Assembly (NCBI GenBank): GCA_963836205.1
Contig: CAWIIV010000007.1
Coordinates: forward strand, 250,536-314,535
Length of the DNA stretch: 64,000 nucleotides
Origin: an uncultured Acidimicrobiia bacterium
GTDB lineage: Bacteria > Actinomycetota > Acidimicrobiia > Acidimicrobiales > AC-14
Reading direction: 5' to 3'
Shown: one piece after another, positions 19,274 to 27,753 of the stretch
How positions within the stretch are numbered: position 1 is the first letter of the stretch
How the letters are laid out: each line of letters begins with the position of its first letter
Made by a program: the position numbers and the translations under genes
Notes under the pieces: model-generated
Told to the model about the DNA's origin: nothing
What the model saw: only the letters and a program-made list of their open reading frames with translations
The model's database searches: none

Positions 19274-20074
19274 TCACAGGCGCAGCGACCGCACGGCGCT
19301 GGCGATGAGGGGCGCAACCGTGAGCAGCCCGAAGGCGGGGAGCGTGCAGCTCACCAAGGGGAAGAGGAGCTTGACCGGGATCTTGCGGGCGGCCTCTTCG
19401 GCCCGTCGCCGCCGGTCGGCCCGCACTTCGTGGGCCAGCCGTTCGAGTCCCGGGCCCAACGGCGCCCCGTAGCGCTCGGAGGCGAGCAGGGCCGCCACCA
19501 GGGGCCGGGTGGCCTCGCCCGCCCGGCCCGGGATGTCGTCGAGGGCGTCTCCCAGCCGCCGACCGAGGGAGACCTCGTCGCACGCTCGGGCCAGCTCGGC
19601 ACCGAGTGGCCCCGGTGCCCTCCGGGCCACGCTCCGCACCGCCAGGGGGACGGTGAGCCCGGCGCCGACCGCGAGGACGAGCAGATCGACCACGTCGGGC
19701 AGGTCGGCGGCCAGGGCGGCGATGCGACGGCGATGCCGCCGCTTGGCCTTCATCCCCGGGGCGGCCCATACCACCAGGGCCACGGCGGGGGCGATCGGCG
19801 GGAAGACGGGTAGGGCCGCCGCGCCCGCCAGCAGCGCTCGGCCGACGCGTCGCGAGCCCTGGGGCTCGGCCGGTCGACCCACGCGCCGCAGCAGGGCGCC
19901 GCCCACCCGGTCGGCGAGGCGGTCGAGGACGCGGTCGCCCCCCCTTGCCATCCGCGGCGCAGGCGGGCGCGGGTGGACGAGAGTGCGGACCCGTTGGGGG
20001 CGGGGACGCCAACGCCAGCCGCCGGCGACGACCACCGCCATCCAGGCCATCCCCACCAGGGCGGCCGCGCTCAT
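19274..20074 (-). CDS. tadC: TadC-like T2SSF membrane protein
   Basis: LPDVVDLLVLAVGAG, SERYGAPL, AEEAARKIPVKLLFPL. Confidence 0.88.
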   Translation of the reverse strand: MSAAALVGMAWMAVVVAGGWRWRPRPQRVRTLVHPRPPAPRMARGGDRVLDRLADRVGGALLRRVGRPAEPQGSRRVGRALLAGAAALPVFPPIAPAVALVVWAAPGMKAKRRHRRRIAALAADLPDVVDLLVLAVGAGLTVPLAVRSVARRAPGPLGAELARACDEVSLGRRLGDALDDIPGRAGEATRPLVAALLASERYGAPLGPGLERLAHEVRADRRRRAEEAARKIPVKLLFPLVSCTLPAFGLLTVAPLIASAVRSLRL

Positions 20075-21006
20075 GGGGCGACCCGGCACAGGCGCTGCAT
20101 CCACAACCAGCCGGCACCGTCGAGGGTGAGCCCGACGCCCACGAGGGCCAGGCCCACCGGCGTGTGGAGCAGGAACTCGGACGTGCGGGGGTCGGTGGCG
20201 GCTGCGAAGGCGCCGAACCCGAGCGGGGCCAGGCCGATCACCAGGGCCGACATCCGGGCCTGAGACGACAGCGCCCGCACCTCGGCCTCCACCGCCAGGC
20301 GCTCCCGCATGGTGGCGGCCACCCCGTCGACCGCCCGGGCCTGGGCTCCTCCGGTGTCGACGCCGAGGCACAGGGCCGCCACCGCCAGCCGCACCCCCGG
20401 GCTCCGCCGGCGAGCGGCCAGCCCTTCGAGGGCGTCGACCAGCCCCGCCCCGTGCCCGGCCTGGGCGGCCACCGTGGCCAGCTCGGCGTGGAGCCGCCCC
20501 CGGCCCCGCGCCCGCCCCCGGCCCGCTCCATCGGCGAACCCGGCGGGGGCGGCGGCCGCCTCCGCGATCGCCTGGCGGACCGACGCCCCCGACCGCAGTG
20601 AGCGGGCGATCGACTCCAAGGCCGCGGGCAGCTCCTGCTCAAGACGGGCATCGGCCCGCCCCCGCCGGGCACGGAGGGCGACCGCTGGCGCCCCACCGAC
20701 GCCGACCAGGGCGAGGACGGCAGCGGCGACCCCCGAGAGCACAAGTGCCCCGAGGAGGGTGACGGCGAGCGCGGCCCACCATCCGACCCAGACGGTGGAC
20801 GCGGGTACGTCCACCGCGGCGTCGGAGAGGGCGGCAGGCAACCACGAGGGCGGCGGGGGAACCCACAGCCGTCGTCGCCCCCGGTCGGCCCCGGCCGCCG
20901 GCAGCCGGCCGGCGACGGCGGCCCGCCGGTTCGAGGCGCCGGCCCACCTCACGGCCGCCCCCAGGGCCAGCACCGAGAGCGGGAGTGCGATCACGGCCGG
21001 GCTCAC
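20071..21006 (-). CDS. tadB: TadB-like T2SSF membrane protein
   Basis: LPAALESIARSLRSGAS, TGG, EVRALSSQARMSALVI. Confidence 0.88.
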   Translation of the reverse strand: MSPAVIALPLSVLALGAAVRWAGASNRRAAVAGRLPAAGADRGRRRLWVPPPPSWLPAALSDAAVDVPASTVWVGWWAALAVTLLGALVLSGVAAAVLALVGVGGAPAVALRARRGRADARLEQELPAALESIARSLRSGASVRQAIAEAAAAPAGFADGAGRGRARGRGRLHAELATVAAQAGHGAGLVDALEGLAARRRSPGVRLAVAALCLGVDTGGAQARAVDGVAATMRERLAVEAEVRALSSQARMSALVIGLAPLGFGAFAAATDPRTSEFLLHTPVGLALVGVGLTLDGAGWLWMQRLCRVAP

Positions 21007-22178
21007 GGCCGGTGGCTGTCGAGAGCGGGCGGCGGGTAGCCGGGCGCCCGGGCCGGCCGGGTGGGCCGGGCGACGACCTCGTCGCCGACTGCGATGGGAT
21101 GGGTGCGGGGCGGCTCCCGTCCCTCGACGGTGGCCCAGGCGGCCTGCGCGACCACCTCCGACACGGCTACGACCCGCCGTGACCCGTCGGGCCGGCGGGC
21201 GACCTGGACGACGAGGTCGAGGGCGGCCTCGAGCTGGGCTCGTACGGCGGTCAGCGGCAGGCCCACCTCGCCCATGAGCACCATCGTCTCCAGCCGGCGG
21301 AGAGCATCGTCGGGGCTGTTGGCGTGGCAGGTGGACAGCGAACCCTCGTGGCCGGTGTTCATGGCCTGCAACATGTCGAGCGCTTCCGGGCCCCGGACCT
21401 CGCCGACGACGATGCGATCGGGACGCATCCGCAAGGCGTTGCGGACCAGCTCCCGGATGCGAACCTCGCCCGCCCCCTCGGCGTTGGCCGGGCGCGCCTC
21501 CAGCCGAACGACGTGCTCGCCCGGAAGCCGAAGCTCGGCCGCGTCCTCGACGGTGACGATTCTCTCTCCGTCGGGGATGCAGCCGGCGAGGGCATTGAGG
21601 AGCGTGGTCTTGCCCGCGCCCGTCCCTCCCGACACGAGGACGTTGAGCCGGGCCGTGACCGCCCAGGCCAGCAGGGCGACCACCGGAGGCGGGGCGAAGG
21701 CCGAGAGGGGGATGGCCCGGGCCCCGAACCGGCGCACGGTGAGGCAGGGCCCGTCGACCGCCAGCGGGGGGACGATGGCGTTGACCCGGGACCCGTCGGC
21801 CAAGCGGGCATCCACCAGGGGCGACGAGCGGTCGATGCGCAGCCCGAGGGGGGCGACCACCTTCTCGATGAGGTGCTCGATGGCGGCCGTGTCGAGCGCG
21901 ATCGGCACCCGTTCGAGGCGACCCGCCCGCTCGACCCACACCCGGCCGGGGCCGTTGACCATGACCTCGGTGACGGCGGGATCGGCCAGGATCGGCTCCA
22001 GCGGCCCCAGCCCGCACACCTCGGCCAGCACCTCCCGCACCACCCGGGCCTGGTCGCCGGGCGGCAGCAGGGGGCTCTCGGCCGCCACCAGCTCGGCCAC
22101 CCGCTCCGGGAGGCGCCCGCCGGGGCCGTCGGCCAGGAGCCGGGTGTGGACCCGGGACTTGAGCACGGCCCCGCTCAC
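21003..22178 (-). CDS. tadA: TadA/CpaF pilus assembly ATPase
   Basis: GGTGAGKTT, VEDAAEL, LRMRPDRIVVGEVRG, AMNTGHEGSLSTCHAN. Confidence 0.95.
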   Translation of the reverse strand: MSGAVLKSRVHTRLLADGPGGRLPERVAELVAAESPLLPPGDQARVVREVLAEVCGLGPLEPILADPAVTEVMVNGPGRVWVERAGRLERVPIALDTAAIEHLIEKVVAPLGLRIDRSSPLVDARLADGSRVNAIVPPLAVDGPCLTVRRFGARAIPLSAFAPPPVVALLAWAVTARLNVLVSGGTGAGKTTLLNALAGCIPDGERIVTVEDAAELRLPGEHVVRLEARPANAEGAGEVRIRELVRNALRMRPDRIVVGEVRGPEALDMLQAMNTGHEGSLSTCHANSPDDALRRLETMVLMGEVGLPLTAVRAQLEAALDLVVQVARRPDGSRRVVAVSEVVAQAAWATVEGREPPRTHPIAVGDEVVARPTRPARAPGYPPPALDSHRP

Positions 22179-22852
22179 GCCGCCTCCCGCAGCGCCTTCT
22201 CCAGGGCCTTCGGCACCCGACCGGCGAGGAGCCCGGCGTCGACGGCGCGGGCGATGGCGGGGTCGTAGGCGATCTCGGCCCGCACCGGTACGCCCAGGAC
22301 GTCTTCCACGTCGCGCCGGGTGAGGGCCCGGCCTGGTTCGTCGACGAGGACGATGGCGGATGGCCGGATCGGTGCCGCCAGCGCCCGCCGCAGGGCGAGG
22401 TAGCAGGGGCGCAGCACGAGGAGGGAGACCTCGGCCGCGGCGGCCACGGCCAGGGCCGCGCCGCCTGCCGCCGACCCGCAGTCGGCCACCACGGCCCGTG
22501 GGCCGCTGGCCAGCGCCTCGGCCAGGACCTCGCCCCGTTCCGTGCTCTCGGCCGCGGTGGCCGCCGCTGCCGACAGCTCTCCCCCCCATGCCAGCAGCCG
22601 CAGGCCGGGCCCGGCCTCGATCTCGAGCCGGGCCAATGCCTCGGCCGGCACGTCGGGGCCGGCGGCGAGCCAGTCGACCAGGCCCGGTGTCGGGGGCGTG
22701 GGCAGGCCGAGGACGGCGGGGACGTCGCCCGACAGGTCGGCGATCAGGACGCCCGCCGGGGCCGGCTGGGACCGGGCCAGGACGAGTGCCAGCCCGCACG
22801 AGACGACGGTGGTGCCGGTGCCACCCTTCGGCGACCAGCAGGCGATGAGCAT
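22175..22852 (-). CDS. Ssd/CpaE-like MinD-family protein of the Tad locus
   Basis: SPKGGTGTT deviant Walker A and DPAIARAVDAG. First gene of the tad operon. Confidence 0.8.
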   Translation of the reverse strand: MLIACWSPKGGTGTTVVSCGLALVLARSQPAPAGVLIADLSGDVPAVLGLPTPPTPGLVDWLAAGPDVPAEALARLEIEAGPGLRLLAWGGELSAAAATAAESTERGEVLAEALASGPRAVVADCGSAAGGAALAVAAAAEVSLLVLRPCYLALRRALAAPIRPSAIVLVDEPGRALTRRDVEDVLGVPVRAEIAYDPAIARAVDAGLLAGRVPKALEKALREAA

Positions 22853-22947
22853 CGACGTTCCTCCGAGAGCGGAAAGCAGCTACCTCGGGGGAAGAGGGGT
22901 GGAACGAAACTTAGTGGAAAGTAGTGAGAGGGCGCAAGACCCTGTCG

Positions 22948-23022
22948 CTACGAGGCCCGGACCTTCTTGGCCGCCACCGCGCCCAGGACGACGAGCACGG
23001 CCAACAGGATCAGTTTCTTCAT
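22948..23022 (-). CDS. Putative 24-aa single-TM small protein MKKLILLAVLVVLGAVAAKKVRAS
   Basis: Manual translation. Basic-hydrophobic-basic pattern and nearly all codons end in G/C. Too short for the ORF track. Confidence 0.6.
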   Translation of the reverse strand: MKKLILLAVLVVLGAVAAKKVRAS

Positions 23023-23130
23023 GCGGGAATGCTATCCGGGCGGTGAGACAACGAACCCCCGGCGACCCCCACACGCACCAAAGAGCCGGAACAGCGGCCA
23101 GGCCGGCCGCGACGCCAGTAGGTTGCCCCC

Positions 23131-23226
23131 GGAGGTGTCAGGCGACCTGGTGGCGTCCCCCGCCTTCAAAGCGGGTGGGACGGGTGCTCCCCGTCCGGCG
23201 GGTTCGATTCCCGTCCACCTCCGCCA
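23131..23226 (+). tRNA. selC: tRNA-Sec (anticodon UCA)
   Basis: 96 nt: GGAGGTG/CACCTCC acceptor, CTTCAAA anticodon loop, long variable arm, GTTCGATT T-loop, GCCA end. selA and selB are in the window. Confidence 0.93.
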
Positions 23227-23264
23227 CCGATGCCCCTTGACAGGCCGCTCCCGATGCCCCAACT

Positions 23265-23945
23265 TTGGCGCCACGCCGGCGGAATGCGGCTACCGGGAGC
23301 CGCCTCCGGGGCGCGGAGGACAAGGCGCTGCCGACGCTGCTTTGGAACATCATCGACGGCCAGGCGATGTACGTCGGCAGCGGTCGTTGCTCCGTCGGCT
23401 TCAACGCCCGCAGCGCGGCGGGAGTCCGGTACGTCGTCACCGCCGGCCACTGCACCAACGACGGGGGCTCGTGGAGCGGCGTCGGCGGCACCCTGGGCCC
23501 GACCGCCGGGTCGTCGTTCCCGACCAACGACTACGGGGTCATCCGGGTCACCAGTTCCGCGGCCACGTCGACTCCTCTTGTCGACCGCTACACGAGCGGC
23601 GTCGACGTCACCGTGATCGGCGCCGTAAAAACGCCGGTGGGGGGTTCGGTGTGCCGGTCGGGGTCGACCACCGGGTGGCGGTGCGGCACCGTCCAGGCCT
23701 ACAACCAGACTGTGAACTACGGCGGCGGCCAGGTCGTCAGCGGCCTGACCCGCACCTCGGCCTGCGCCCAGCCGGGCGATTCCGGTGGTGCGTTCGTGAG
23801 CAACCCCGGGGCCACTGGGGGACGGGTGCACGCCCAAGGCGTCACCTCCGGAGGCTCGGGGAGCTGCTCCACCGGAGGCACCACGTTCTTCCAGCCGGTG
23901 AGCGAGGCGCTGAGCGCCTACGGCCTCACCCTCTACACCGGATAG
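23265..23945 (+). CDS. S1-family (streptogrisin/alpha-lytic-like) serine protease, mature domain only, possibly 5'-truncated
   Basis: RCSVGF, TAGHC, DYGVI and CAQPGDSGG show an intact triad. No signal peptide or pro-domain. Confidence 0.75.
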   Translation: MAPRRRNAATGSRLRGAEDKALPTLLWNIIDGQAMYVGSGRCSVGFNARSAAGVRYVVTAGHCTNDGGSWSGVGGTLGPTAGSSFPTNDYGVIRVTSSAATSTPLVDRYTSGVDVTVIGAVKTPVGGSVCRSGSTTGWRCGTVQAYNQTVNYGGGQVVSGLTRTSACAQPGDSGGAFVSNPGATGGRVHAQGVTSGGSGSCSTGGTTFFQPVSEALSAYGLTLYTG

Positions 23946-23956
23946 AGCGGGGGCAG

Positions 23957-23984
23957 GCAGCCGGGGCGGGACGGCCCCGGCTGC
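23957..23984. terminator. Hairpin between convergent genes (probable bidirectional terminator)
   Basis: Perfect 11-bp stem GCAGCCGGGGC/GCCCCGGCTGC with a 6-nt loop. Confidence 0.6.
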
Positions 23985-23995
23985 GCCCGGCGTGA

Positions 23996-24934
23996 TCAGA
24001 CAGCCAGCAAGTCGCGCGCGCCCGTGTCGCTCGACGGGTGGCGCAGCTTCGACATGGCCCGGGCCTCGATCTGGCGGATGCGCTCCCGGGTGAGGTTGAA
24101 GTGCTCGCCCACCTCTTCGAGGGTGCGGGGCTCGCCCCGGTCGAGGCCGAACCGCAGGCGCAGGATCTCGCGCTCGCGCTCGTCCAAGGGACCGAGCAAC
24201 TTGGAGATCTCCTCCGGCAGCAGGGCGGTGGCGGCCACCTCGAAGGGCGACTCGGCCGAGCGGTCCTCGACCACGTCGCCCAACTCGGCGTCGCCGTCCT
24301 CCCGCAACGGCTCCGACAAGGACAACGGCTCGGCCGCGAAGCGCAGGGCCTCGGTGACCTTGTCCTCCGGCATCTCCACCTCGGCCGACAGCTCCGAGAG
24401 GGTGGCCGGGCGGCCCAGCTTGAGCTCCAGCCGGGCCCGGGCCTTCTGCAGCCGGGCCAGGGTGTCGCCCGCGTGGACCGGCAGGCGGATGGTGCGGCCG
24501 GTGTTGGCGATGCCGCGGGTGATCGCCTGGCGGATCCACCACGTGGCGTAGGTGGAGAACTTGAAGCCCTTGCGCCAGTCGAACTTCTCGACCGCGTGCA
24601 TCAGGCCCAGGTTGCCTTCCTGGATCAGGTCGAGCAGGGGCAGCCCCGACGCCTGGTACTTCTTGGCGATGGAGACCACCAGCCGCAGGTTGGACTGGAC
24701 GAACGTGCGCTGGGCGTTGACGCCCTCCTGGGCCACTCGGCGCAGCTCACGACGCTTGGCCTGAGGCAGGCTCGTGCCGTCGGACTCGAGCTTGACCCGC
24801 GCCTCGTTCCCGCCCTCGATGGCCTTGGCCAGGCGTACTTCGTCGTCCTTGGTGAGCAGCGGGTACTGCCCGATATCAGTGAGGTAGAGTCGGACGAGGT
24901 CTTCCTCGTCCCGCTCGACGCGCTCCTTGGGCAC
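23996..24934 (-). CDS. Sigma-70 factor, RpoD/HrdB-like without region 1.1 (probably group 2)
   Basis: [43 protein letters not shown]...TRERIRQIE. Confidence 0.93.
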   Translation of the reverse strand: MPKERVERDEEDLVRLYLTDIGQYPLLTKDDEVRLAKAIEGGNEARVKLESDGTSLPQAKRRELRRVAQEGVNAQRTFVQSNLRLVVSIAKKYQASGLPLLDLIQEGNLGLMHAVEKFDWRKGFKFSTYATWWIRQAITRGIANTGRTIRLPVHAGDTLARLQKARARLELKLGRPATLSELSAEVEMPEDKVTEALRFAAEPLSLSEPLREDGDAELGDVVEDRSAESPFEVAATALLPEEISKLLGPLDEREREILRLRFGLDRGEPRTLEEVGEHFNLTRERIRQIEARAMSKLRHPSSDTGARDLLAV

Positions 24935-25066
24935 AGAGAAAACGTCCTTACAGTCGTAGGCCTAGCAGTGGGAACGCCCCGGAAGGCGCGACGATTCCGC
25001 CCCAGCCATCTGGCGGCCGCATTTACTCCACCATACCTGGGCGGTCAAGCCCCCCGGCCCGGGCGG

Positions 25067-26793
25067 CTACCCCCGGTAGCGGTTGGTGATGGGCAGGCGG
25101 CGGTCCTTGCCGAACGCCTTGGGCGTCACCCGCACGCCCGGAGGGGCCTGGCGGCGCTTGTACTCCGACCGGTCCACCATGGCGACGACCTTGCGCACCA
25201 GCTCGGGGTCGAAGCCGGCGGCCTCCAGGTCGGTCACCGTCGTGTCGCCTTCCACGTAGGCCTCGAGGACGGGGTCGAGCTGGTCGTAGGGGGGGAGGGA
25301 CTGGTCGTCGCGCTGGTCGGGGCGCAGCTCGGCCGACGGGGGCTTGGTCAGCACCGCCTCCGGGATGAGGGGGGCGACGGACCGCCGGTTGCGGTCGTGG
25401 CACAGCTGGTAGACGGTGGTCTTGAGGACGTCCTTGATGACGGCGAAGCCACCCGCGAGGTCGCCGTAGAGGGTGGAGAAGCCCACCGCCATCTCGCTCT
25501 TGTTGCCGGTGGCCAGCACCATCCAGCCGAACTTGTTGGACAGGGCCATGAGGGTGGCCCCCCGGATCCGGGCCTGGATGTTCTCCTCGGTGAGGTCGGG
25601 CTCGACGCCGGCGAACGAGGGGGCCAGCATCTCCAGGAACGACTCGTGCACCTCCTCGATGCCGATCACCCGCCACTCGATGCCCAGGTTGCCGGCCAGC
25701 TCCTTGGCGTCGGTGAGCGAGCTCTCGCTCGAGTACCGCGACGGCATCATCACCCCGTGGACGTGGTCGGCTCCCAGGGCGTCGACCGCGACGGTGGCCA
25801 CCAGCGACGAGTCGACGCCGCCCGACAGCCCGACGACGACGTCGGTGAAGCCGTTCTTGGTCACGTAGTCCCTGGTGCCGAGGACGAGGGCCTCGTAGAT
25901 CTCGTGGACGTCGTCGAGGGGCTCGGCGCAGGGCGGCGGCCCGGCGGCGGGCCGCCCGGCGGGGGTGCCGGCGGGGACTCCCCGCTCACCGTCACCTCGG
26001 GCAGGGCGGGGGCCATGGCCCGGCCCCGGGGGTCGAGCAGCCGCTTGCGGAAGACGGGCTTGACGTCGATGTCGACGACCATGACGTCGGCGACGAACTG
26101 CGGGGCCCGCGCCACCACCCGGCCCTGGGTGTCGAAGACGAGCGACGCCCCGTCGAAGACGAGCTCGTCCTGGCCACCGATGAGGTTGACGTAGACCAGT
26201 GAGCACGACGAGTCGAGGGCGCGGGTGGCGAGCATGCGCTCCCGCTCCGCCAGCCGGCCGGCGTGGTAGGGGGAGGCGTTGAGGTTGACGATCAGCTCGG
26301 CCCCGCCCGCGGCCTGGTCGGCGATGGGCCCGTCGGGCGACCAGGCGTCCTCGCACACGACCACGCCCACCCGGACGCCGCCGATCACGAACAGCTGGGC
26401 AGGGTCGTCGCTGCGGGCGAAATAGCGCTGCTCGTCGAACACGCCGTAGTTGGGGAGCAGGCGCTTGCGGTAGACGCCGTGGACCTTGCCGTCGGCGCAC
26501 ACCGCGGCCGCGTTGTAGAGGTCGCGGCCGGCGTCGACGAAGCCGACCACCGCCGCACACCGGCCGGTGCCGGCCGCCACCCGCTCGAGGGCGGCCCGGT
26601 TGTCGGCCACGAAGCCGGGTTTGAGGAGGAGGTCCTCGGGCGGGTAGCCGGTGATGGCCAGCTCGGGGAACACGGCCACGTCGCACTCGGCGATCTCGGC
26701 CCGGTCGATGGCGTCGAGGATGGCGGTGGCGTTGCCCTCCAGGTCGCCCACGATCAGGTTGAGCTGGCAGGCGGCGAGACGCAGGCGGGGCAC
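25067..26793 (-). CDS. nadE: Glutamine-dependent NAD+ synthetase, with a frameshift at about 25930-25980 (likely assembly error)
   Basis: Nitrilase domain ([20 protein letters not shown]) in ORF 25861-26793; synthetase domain ([28 protein letters not shown]) in ORF 25067-26965. Confidence 0.92.
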
Positions 26794-26825
26794 GAACCGA
26801 GGCTACCCAGAGCCGACAGCGGGCC

Positions 26826-27638
26826 CTATCGGGCTCCGGCCCGGCGGCGGTACACACCGACCCCGCCGAGACCCAACAGGGCGGCTGCGGCGGCGACCAC
26901 CACCAGCCCGGTGGGGAGACCGCCGCCCCCGTCCTCGCTGGCCGCCAGCGCCGCCTCCGGTTCACCGCTGAGGCCCTGTCGCTCCAGGCTGGCGGGGACG
27001 GCGACGGTCGTGGTCGGCGCAGGCTCGGCGACAGGGACCGGCGCGACCGTCGTCACGGGCGGCGCCTCGGTCGTGGGCGCCTCGGTCGCGGGCGCCTGGG
27101 TGGTGGGTGGGAGAGTGGCGGTGGTGACGGTCGTGGTCGGCCGGAGGGCGGCGACAGCCAGTGGCCCGGCGGACGTGGCCCGGGTGCCGCCGCAGAGGCT
27201 GGCATGGTACGGGCCCGGAGTCGCCTGCCCCATGATGTCCCGCCGGCTGGCGAAGACGAAGAACTCCCCCTGGTGCGGGATCTCCAGCCCGCAGCTGGCG
27301 CCGCTGACGGCGGAGATGACCGGCTGCGACGGAGCGACGTCGCCCTTGTAGACCTCGCTCACGGCGAAGGTCCAGATGGCGGGGTCGCCGGAGCTCATGA
27401 AGGGCTGGGCCGGCGGCGGCTGGTAGCCGACGAGCTGGCCGCGGAAGACGGCCTCGGCCCGGGCGAACTGCTCCTCGTCGGACGACACCATGCAGGAACA
27501 GGCGTGGGCGGGCCCGGCTGACGGCCCGACCAGGAGGACGGCGGCGCCGAGGATGACCGCCGTCACTCCTGCGCCGAAGGAGCGGTGACGTCGGACGGGC
27601 ACCTGCGCGGTCACGGGGCCTCCAGGGGTTCGAGTCAA
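26826..27638 (-). CDS. Secreted, C-terminally anchored protein with TIMP/NTR-like domain
   Basis: Signal ending AHA-CSC, VFRG, VYKG and GASCG motifs, Thr/Pro linker, C-terminal TM and RRR. Start uncertain. Confidence 0.7.
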   Translation of the reverse strand: MTRTPGGPVTAQVPVRRHRSFGAGVTAVILGAAVLLVGPSAGPAHACSCMVSSDEEQFARAEAVFRGQLVGYQPPPAQPFMSSGDPAIWTFAVSEVYKGDVAPSQPVISAVSGASCGLEIPHQGEFFVFASRRDIMGQATPGPYHASLCGGTRATSAGPLAVAALRPTTTVTTATLPPTTQAPATEAPTTEAPPVTTVAPVPVAEPAPTTTVAVPASLERQGLSGEPEAALAASEDGGGGLPTGLVVVAAAAALLGLGGVGVYRRRAGAR

Positions 27639-27753
27639 TCAGGTGGAGTTTGGACGTTCGCCCACCCACCGTGGTTCCCTGACCACTGCTCGACGAGGAT
27701 ACCGGCACCCCAGACGGACCCAGGCGCCATGTGCTGCCAGACTTCCGGGCGCC

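Noticed and set aside
23131-23226. Integrative element or prophage at tRNA-Sec
   Set aside because: No integrase, phage genes or convincing duplicate of the tRNA 3' end were found in the window.
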